From Eledone cirrhosa (taxonomy: Eukaryota), in contig OZ024756.1 of the NCBI GenBank assembly GCA_964016885.1, positions 16,988,001 through 17,052,000 of the forward strand: a stretch of DNA of 64,000 nt, given 5' to 3'. The translations under genes and the position numbers were made by a program. Under the pieces are notes generated by a model. The model was not told where the DNA came from. It made no database searches and saw only the letters and a list, made by a program, of their open reading frames with translations. The number at the start of each line of letters is the position of its first letter. Positions within the stretch are counted from its first letter, which is position 1. Positions 55,900 through 64,000 of this stretch are shown piece by piece.

Positions 55900-57353
55900 T
55901 TGAGGATGAAATGTGAAAGTACGGGTACGACCTGGAAACCAAAGCTCAGTCGGTGACATGGCTAAGGTAAACAAAAAGCATGGCATGTTGGGAAAAATCC
56001 AATTAATGCTGGTTGATTTCTCTAACTACGAAGTTGTTGTACATCATGAATACACACCACCAGAAGGACAGTTACGAAGGAGTATTATCAGGTACTCCTC
56101 TGATGCCTTCATGAAGTAATTCTATGCCAGGGACCAGATCTATAAACCTCACAGAACTGATAGCTGCATCATGTAAACACCTCGGCTCATTTGTCACAAT
56201 TGAGCAAAGTTTCCTGGCAACGAAAGGCATCTTGCTCATTTGCCAATCTCCTTATTTTCTAGCTATGGACACCGTCTGATTTCTGGCTATTCTCAAATAT
56301 GAAAGATGCCACTGAAAGACAGCCATTTTCTAAGCAGAAAGGACATCACATTGCCTGTGATGGCTGAGCTGAGAGCTATTCGAGAAGACACCTTCCAGAC
56401 ATGATTAGAACAGCGGAAGAATTTCTGGTTTAAGTGTTGTGAGGCACAAGTGGACTACTTCAGACAGTGGATGGATCTCTGGCCTATGTGTGGGGAGGCG
56501 CAAGAGAACTACTTCAGACAGTGGATGGAGATCTGGGCTATGTGTGGGGAGGTACAAGAGAACTACTTCAGACAGTGGATGGATCTCTGGCCTATGTGTG
56601 GGGAGGCGCAAGAGAACTACTTCAGACAGTGGATGGATCTCTGGCCTATGTGTGGGGAGGCGCAAGAGAACTACTTCAGACAGTGGATGGAGATCTGGGC
56701 TATGTGTGGGGAGGTACAAGTGGACTACTTCAGACAGTGGATGGATCTCTGGGCTATGTGTGGGGAGGCACAAAAGAACTACTTCAGACAATGGATGGAT
56801 CTCTGGGCTATGTGTGGGGAGGTACAAGTGGACTACTTCAGACAGTGGATGGATCTCTGGGCTATGTGTGGGGAGGCACAAAAGAACTACTTCAGACAAT
56901 GGATGGATCTCTGGGCTATGTGTGGGGAGGTACAAGTGGACTACTTCAGACAGTGGATGGATCTCTGGGCTATGTGTGGGGAGGCACAAAAGAACTACTT
57001 CAGACAATGGATGGATCTCTGGGCTATGTGTGGGGAGGTACAAGTGGACTACTTCAGACAGTGGATGGATCTCTGGCCTATGTGTGGGGAGGCGCAAGAG
57101 AACTACTTCAGACAGTGGATGGATCTCTGGGCTATGTGTGGGGAGGTACAAGTGGACTACTTCAGACAGTGGATGGATCTCTGGGCTATGTGTTGGGAGG
57201 TACAAGAGGACTACTTCAAACAGTGGATGGATCTCTGGGCTATGTGGGGAGTACAAGGAGCCATGTTCAAAGGGGATTAGCAATTGAACTCCAGCAAGTA
57301 CAGTTTCTTTTTCCCCTGCCTAAGATTGGATACTTTTTTAAACAGACCTCCTA
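55900..57353 (+). pseudogene. Decayed mariner transposase (C-terminal half) with 3' TIR, interrupted by a self-derived minisatellite
   Basis: IQLMLVDFSNYEVVVHHEYTPPEGQ resembles mariner KxMLxxFFDxxGxVHHE; ccttattttctagctatggacaccgtctgatttctggctattc resembles PYSPDxAPxDFWLF; ends in FKGD*; TIR-like ggatacttttttaaacagacctcc followed by TA at 57328-57353. Confidence 0.75.
56440..57265. repeat. 54-bp minisatellite, about 15 copies
   Basis: Unit gactacttcagacagtggatggatctctgggctatgtgtggggaggtacaagtg. Confidence 0.95.
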
Positions 57354-57940
57354 TATGTTATATATATATATATATATATATCATCATCATCATCATCATC
57401 ATCATCATTTTACGTCCACTTTTCCCTGCTTGCAAGGGTGGGACGGGAGCTGATTCTGGCTTGATTTCTACAGCTGGATGCCCTTCCTAACACCAACCTC
57501 ATTTACAGTGAGTGCTGGGTGCTTTTTTGCCGTGGCACCTCCACAACCACTTTACAGTGGAATGATAGGGACCCCAGTCCCTATCATCTCATTTCTACAG
57601 CAGAGTAAACTGGAGCAATGTGAAATAAAGTGTCTTGCTCAAGGAAACAACACATCTCCTGGTCTGAGAATTGAACTCACAACCTTTCCATTGCAAGCCC
57701 AATGCTTTAACCACTAAGCCATGTGCCTCCACATATATGCTAGCATGGATGGGTATATATATATATATATATATCCATGCTAGCATGGAAAGATGGGTAT
57801 TAAAGGATGATAATGATATATGCCAACACCAACAGTTTTCTAAGAGATGTCAACATGAATGGACCTGTTATTTTTATCTAAAGACATTTTTTCCAATTCC
57901 AACCCGCCCGACCCTTCAATCTATCCTATTTCTTGTTCTT

Positions 57941-57976
57941 TCTTCTGATGAAGGACTAGCGGCCGAAATGTTAAGA
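57941..57976 (+). ncRNA. Minimal type I hammerhead motif (H4), second copy
   Basis: tctt-CTGATGA-aggactagcggcc-GAAATG TT aaga; the flank ctcttcctgctatttcaagc is shared with the 45970-46030 copy. Confidence 0.65.
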
Positions 57977-58089
57977 CCCTCTTCCTGCTATTTCAAGCGT
58001 TAACCTAATATATTCCTTCCATATACTGTACCGATTGTGTTGTTATTTCTGATTACCTTTTACATACATATATATATATATATATATAA

Positions 58090-59245
58090 AGTGTTGCATG
58101 GCAGTATGCCAGTGTAAATCAGGATGTTGTTGGGGAAAAGTGTATTAGAAATGATGCAAGTGCACTTAGCACCACTGATGCTCAAAAGAAAGAGGCCTGG
58201 AAATGTTACTATGAGAGACTGATGAATGTAGAGAATGATTAGGAGGAGGAGAGGCTTCCCCCCCCCCCAACTTACCGAGTAGAAGGGCCAGTTATTGAAG
58301 TTGACAGTTATAGGGTCAAAGAAGCAATCAAGGAGATGAAAAGTCTTGAAGCTGTGGAACCGTCAGAAATAGTTGCTGAGATGCTAAGCACATCAGGAGA
58401 AATAAGAGTTGAACTAGTAACCCGCATAGTTAATCAGGTAATACGTGATAGAGTCACACCCAATGACTGGCGCAGCAGTACAATTGTAAATTGCTACAAA
58501 GGCAAAGGTGATGCTCTAGAAAGGAGCAACTATAGAGGAATAAAACTATAGAGTTATAGCGCAGCTAATTCGGAAAAGAGTCAAATTAGAAAAGACACAG
58601 TTTGGTTTCATGCTTGGGAAAAGTACTTCAGATGCCTTCTTAGTGAGGCAACTACAAGAGATGTTCCTAGCCAAGAATAGGCTGATATATTTAGCTTTTG
58701 TTGATTTAGAAAAAGCCTTTGACAGAGTACCTTGATCTATTATCTGGTGGTCCCTAAGGAAATTAGGTGTAGAAAAATGGCTTGTAACAACAAGCAAGCA
58801 ATGTACAAAGCAGCTGTCAATAAAGTGAAAGTAGAAAGTGATCATAGGAATTTAAAACAGGTTGTCGATGGGAACTTCTCTATGCAGATGTTTTGGTCCT
58901 TATAGCTGAATCTACAAAAGAACTAGAAAATAAGTTCTGACTATCGAAACAGAATTTGGAATCAAAAAGTCTGAGAGTAAACTTAGCCAAAACTAAAGTG
59001 CTAGTAAGTAGGAAAAGAAATAGGTCTTGCTCAGTATGTAGAAAAGGAGTAGGCTCTATAACATGTACACAAAGTAAATCTTGGGTACATAAGAAATGTA
59101 GTGGGATAATGGGTAGACTAACAAGAAGGGAAGACTTTGTATGTAGAAGATAGACAGTGGTAATAAAGGAGATGAGTGTCAGTGATGTAAACCTTTTCCA
59201 GTCACAGGAAGGTTCCATAGAAGTAGTTGATAGCTTCTGCAACTT
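58090..59245 (+). mobile_element. Decayed RTE LINE with RT-domain remnants
   Basis: PSEIVAEML-TPNDWRSSTIVNCYKGKGDALERSNYRGIKL; AFVDLEKAFDRV (gcttttgttgatttagaaaaagcctttgacagagta); SLRVNLAKTKVL. Confidence 0.9.
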
Positions 59246-59821
59246 AATTAGAGAGATGATGTGCTGAAAAGGTCCCAGCCAACCTATGCAAGTGTGGAAA
59301 AACGGGCGTAAAAACGATGATGATGATATATATATCACCATTTAACATCCCCAGTTTTCCCTGCAAGCAAATGTTGTTTTCCATATATATATCATCATCA
59401 TCATCATTTTACGTCCGCTTTTTCCTGCTTGCAAGGGTGGGACGGGAACTGATTCTGGCTTGATTTCTACAGCTGGATGCCCTTCCTAACACCAACCTCA
59501 TTTACAGTGAGTGCTGGGTGCTTTTTTGCCGTGGCACCTCCACGACTACTATCATCTCATTTCTACAGCTGAGTAAACTGGAGCAATGTGAAATAAAGTG
59601 TCTTGCTCAAGGAAAAAACACATCACCCGGTCTGAGAATTGAACTCACAACCTTTCGATTGCAAGCCCAATGCTCTAACCACTAAGCCATGTGCCTCCAT
59701 ATATATATATAGTTGATGGAGAGAAAAGAGAGCACAATACTGAAGTATACTGTTTTACTCTTTTACCTGTACCAGCCATCCAGCTGAGGCCATTGGGGCA
59801 CAGCCTTTGTTGCTACATCTT

Positions 59822-60065
59822 CTATCTCCAGCTTGTGGTGGCTGGCCATTGGTGTAAGAGGGAGTTCGTTGCTGCTGCCCTTGGGTTACCTTCATACCAT
59901 GCTGTGGGTTCATCCAGGATTGTGGATAGCAGTGTGTCAAGATGGTGCTTGAAAACATCCATGTCCACACCGTACAGAGCTCTCAAATTTCTTGGCAGCT
60001 TGTTGAAGAGTTGAGGGTCTTTGAACCCCAAGCCATTGCAATATCTGCTCCTTATTCTAGTATAG
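59822..60065 (-). mobile_element. CR1/L2-group LINE, extreme 3' coding fragment
   Basis: PQLFNKLPRNLRAL-FKHHLDTLLSTILDEP-RAAATNSLLHQ; clade assignment tentative. Confidence 0.6.
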
Positions 60066-60166
60066 TTTAAATATTCACTTATTATGGTCATTTAGTGAGT
60101 CTGTTACTCTGCAAGTACACAGGTGAAACTCCAGAGTAACAAGACAGACTAGCTATAATAAATTTG

Positions 60167-60203
<37 letters not shown>

Positions 60204-60227
60204 GTGTGTGTATATATATATATATAT

Positions 60228-60669
60228 ATTGTTATACTTTGGGAGGGTCATGTTGCCAATAAGAAACACACGCAACAGTTGCTTTCACTTCAATTTATTA
60301 TAAATTAAATTTATAAATTTAGGAATTTATAAATTTCTGGTTGGTTGGTTGGTTCCACAACCAGACGATTGTTCATATATTGTCAAAGTTCTTTCGTCAC
60401 ACATTCTGTGACCTCTTCAGTGACTGGAGATTCTTTTATTTGTTTTTGTGCCTCTCCTTTGTTCTGTCCTACGCCATCTTGTTTTTGTGTGTGTTCAACC
60501 AACCGGAACCAACCAACCAGAAATTTATAAATTTAATTTATAATAAATTGAAGTGAAAGCAACTGGTGCGTGTGTTTCTTATTGGCAACATGACCCTCCC
60601 AAAGTATAACAATATCGGTTTCAACACACGTTTTCAGAAAAAGAATCTTGCTAAAGAAATTCAGAAACG

Positions 60670-60670
<1 letters not shown>
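60228..60670. mobile_element. Fold-back element carrying an H3 hammerhead, between (TA)n tracts
   Basis: Arms about 60228-60356 and 60505-60613 are inverted; the same tail occurs at 25580-25740 and 44555-44695. Confidence 0.8.
60382..60424 (-). ncRNA. Type I hammerhead motif (H3)
   Basis: GUCA-CUGAAGA-g-GUCAC agaaugu GUGAC-GAAAG aa CUU^UGAC. Confidence 0.8.
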
Positions 60671-60720
<50 letters not shown>

Positions 60721-61441
60721 CAAGCAAGGAAAAGCGGACGTTTGATGATGATGATATATATATATATATATATGGAGGCACATGGCACTTAGTGGTTAGA
60801 GCATTGGCCTTGCAATCGAAAGGTTGTGAGTTCAATTCTCAGACCGGGTGATGTGTTGTTTCCTTGAGCAAGACACTTTATTTCACATTGCTCCAGTTTA
60901 TTCAGCTGTAGAAATGAGATGATAGGGACTAGGGTCCATATCATTCCACTGCAAAGTGGTCGTAGAGGTGTCATGGCAAAAAAGCACCCAGCCCACACTG
61001 TAAATGAGGTTGGTGTTAGGAAGGGCATCCAGCTGTAGAAATCAAGCCAGAATCAGTTCCCGTCCCATCCTTGCAAGCAGGGAAAAGTGGACGTAAAATG
61101 ATAATGTTGATGATGATGATGATGATATGTATGTATTCGTGAGTGGATATCAATAATATTATAATAATATCATATTATTATTAATATTCGGTTTGTTTGC
61201 AAGCAAACAGCCTCATAAACACCATGTGTGTTTTCTAGATGAACAACTTCATCCCTTTGTTCCAGCGGTAGCTGAGAGAAAACAATTGACAAAATTGTTC
61301 CGGAGTGTTTGCTCCTTATGAAGATTGTGTATTCTCCTGTCTGCTACTCATTGGAACTGCTGAGGATGCATAGTATTCTCAAAAGTATACACTGGCTGAT
61401 TAGCCTCATTTGCATACTGAGCGATATTACGGCTGGCTTTG

Positions 61442-61521
<80 letters not shown>

Positions 61522-61757
61522 TGTAATAAACAACATAAGGCAATTATTTCATTTACCAGTGGTTTCTTAAAAGCAAAAAAATTTTGCTTTCAGTCATCAG
61601 AATGAAAAAATCCTGGTGTATTTATTGACGTTGGATTTTAAAAACAAAAATGCAATCTATATGAAAGTGAGGCTGGAAAAGGAAGAAGGAAAGGAAAAAT
61701 AAAATAAAAACACACATGCAAACACACACACACACACAATTATATACATACACACAG

Positions 61758-61793
<36 letters not shown>

Positions 61794-62124
61794 ATTTTTT
61801 TTCCTGGACTTTGCTGACGGAATTACTTCATTTACACATCATATATTTATATTTATATATAAATATATCATCATCATCATTTAACATATGTCTTTTTCCG
61901 TCCTCACATATATTGATTGGACAAGTCTTTCCAGACCAGTTTTCCTCCAGCAGAAGGAAAGGAAAAGAGCAGCAAATGTTTTTATATTTCAACTTCGTTG
62001 TTAAAGATGACTTGAACCAAAAACTGGTGGAAGGACCTGATGATGACAGAAATAGGTGTAGGTAGGCATTACATATGTACTGTCACCACTATATATATAT
62101 ATATATATAGTTTTAATATAGATG

Positions 62125-62175
62125 AGATTCTACAGGACTAGAACTGTTTCATTCTTTAGAAATCATCAGGAATCT
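62125..62175 (-). ncRNA. Type I hammerhead motif (H1), left arm
   Basis: Exact reverse complement of 62217-62267. Confidence 0.75.
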
Positions 62176-62216
62176 GGGTATCAAAAAATAAGTATGGTAT
62201 TTATTTTTTGATACCC

Positions 62217-62267
62217 AGATTCCTGATGATTTCTAAAGAATGAAACAGTTCTAGTCCTGTAGAATCT
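62217..62267 (+). ncRNA. Type I hammerhead motif (H1), right arm
   Basis: AGAUUC-CUGAUGA-u UUC uaaa GAA u-GAA ACAG uucuaguc CUGU A^GAAUCU; 6-bp stem I and 4-bp stem III. Confidence 0.75.
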
Positions 62268-62346
62268 CATCTATATTAAAACTTTTATACTCTGCAATGT
62301 ATTGAGTACCTTACTTACTGTGGTTACCTCCGATTCAACCCGGAAT

Positions 62347-62391
<45 letters not shown>

Positions 62392-63176
62392 TCAGCACTG
62401 TACATGTATATATATAAAAACTAAAGTGTCTGTATGCAGGCAATGTATTTCCACAGTTTCCATCTGATTTTGTTCAAATTCGATACTTAGGTAATTTAGC
62501 TCATGGAGCATGTCAACAAATCTTACTCTTCCCTAAAATAGCAGAGTTCTGAGCCTATTTAAAGATGGCCATGTTGAGGAGTGAGGGGATCTTTCTTGGC
62601 AGTGGTGAAGGTGTAGGACGAGAGAGAACGAGACAGACAGAGCATCTGTTGGAGTAGTAACCACAGCCATAGTACCTTAATTCAGTTATTCACTTCATCT
62701 TATTAAGGTATGCCCAGCAATGACAGGCTCTTTTGCTAGTATATATATATTATATATAGACACCAACATAGTGTGAATTATAGTGGTGCCATAGAAGATG
62801 AGTATGTTGTAGTTACAGATGGTTAAGTGTATGGTTTGAAGCAGGTGTGGATCTCAGACAAAGTTGACTCCTATCTCCTGATCTTTTCAACATCTTTCCC
62901 CATCATATCTATGAGACACAGCTGAGATATACTGTCTTGACAGAGGTGTAGAGTTGGCTCCTCCCTTCCCCTTCCCCCATTATATCATTGTAATCTTTTT
63001 TTTCCTTTCTCCTAGTTTATGTGAAATATTTATGTAAATAAAATTTGTTTCTGTCTTGCTAAATATTTGTGAAGTAGAACAATGTCACAATTTGTGTTTG
63101 TATGCTGTGTAGCATCAAATAGATTAGATCTCACCAAGAAACATGATCTAAAACAGGTGAGATATCAAGCATTGAC

Positions 63177-63768
63177 TTAACCCTTTAGCATTTACATTAC
63201 TCTAGATTTTCTATTGTATTTTCGGGGTAAAGGCTTTATCTCACATAATATTGAATCTATGAGATTTCGATATTATTTATTTTGAAGGCAGTGGATTGAC
63301 AGTTTTGGTAGAGGATCAGATGCCATGCTTTGCAGCATAGAGTTACGGCCCTTTGCGGTCTGAGTTAAAATCCCTCCGAGATTAACTTTGCCTTTCATCC
63401 TTACGGGGTCGATAAAATAAGGCACCAGTAATGCACTGGGGTAATTGCTGGCCTTGTGCCAAAAGTAGAATCAATTATTTATTTTGAGAACAATACCTTA
63501 ATATCAGTAATTGTTTCTACTTTAGGCACAAGGCCAGCAATTACCCAGTGCATTACTGGTACTTTATTTTATCGACCCCGTAAGGATGAAAGGCAAAGTC
63601 AACCTCGGCGGGATTTGAACTCAGATTGTAAAGGGACGTAACTATGCTGGAAAGCATGGCGTCCGACCCTCTACCGATACTGCCAATCCAATATCAGTAA
63701 TAGCAGCCAGTTTGAACAGAAAGAAGAGGTGAGAGAATTCTGGATGGACGGTCAGTTTAAAAGTTAAC
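63177..63768. mobile_element. piggyBac-like MITE with two nested SINE A insertions
   Basis: Colinear with 19230-19451 after removing the SINEs at about 63286-63473 (+, TSD attatttattttga) and about 63512-63689 (-, TSD aatatcagtaat). Confidence 0.8.
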
Positions 63769-63892
63769 CTGTATACAAAGCCTAATACAAGTATTTCTAC
63801 ACTTTTAACCTATACTTAAAAAATGTGGACCCCTAAAATCTGAAAATATACACTGACAAGAAGTATTTGAAATGTGGTGTTTATCGTCTATA

Positions 63893-64000
63893 CCAGCGTT
63901 TCTCAACCTTTTTACCCCCGAAGAACCCTTGAAATAGTTTTCATGTCTCAGGGATCCCCTGCATCAAAATTATTATATATCATTAATATCTCTTTCTTTT
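63893..64000. mobile_element. Probable hAT (Charlie-like) element end, running off the window
   Basis: cagcgtttctcaaccttttt resembles a Charlie-type terminus. Confidence 0.45.

Noticed and set aside
56405-57453. Four overlapping ORFs of 276-328 aa as host genes
   Set aside because: Explained by a 54-bp minisatellite derived from mariner; there is no splice or expression evidence.

Overview
Eukaryotic, AT- and microsatellite-rich genomic DNA. The SINE/RTE/(TA)n landscape suggests a cephalopod such as Octopus (inference). One host gene is supported: a minus-strand, spliced BTB-zinc-finger transcription factor. Its exons 8537-8026, 4999-4849 and 4069-2058 join in frame, and unusually it has two tandem BTB domains plus 8 zinc fingers; the first exon was not located. 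The rest is mostly decayed LINEs (RTE, Ingi/Vingi-like, R4/Dong-like, CR1/L2-like, possible Penelope), a decayed mariner, MITEs, many SINEs, an 8.1 kb 56-bp satellite, several minisatellites and a 200-N gap. The main non-obvious signal is a dense set of type I hammerhead ribozyme motifs (about 15 near-complete copies plus decayed or half copies, at least 6 sequence families, including a CUGAAUGA core variant). They mostly sit in short fold-back, non-coding elements next to (TA)n tracts. Several tandem arrays can be traced to the transposon parts they were amplified from. All alignments were done by eye, so repeat boundaries are approximate.
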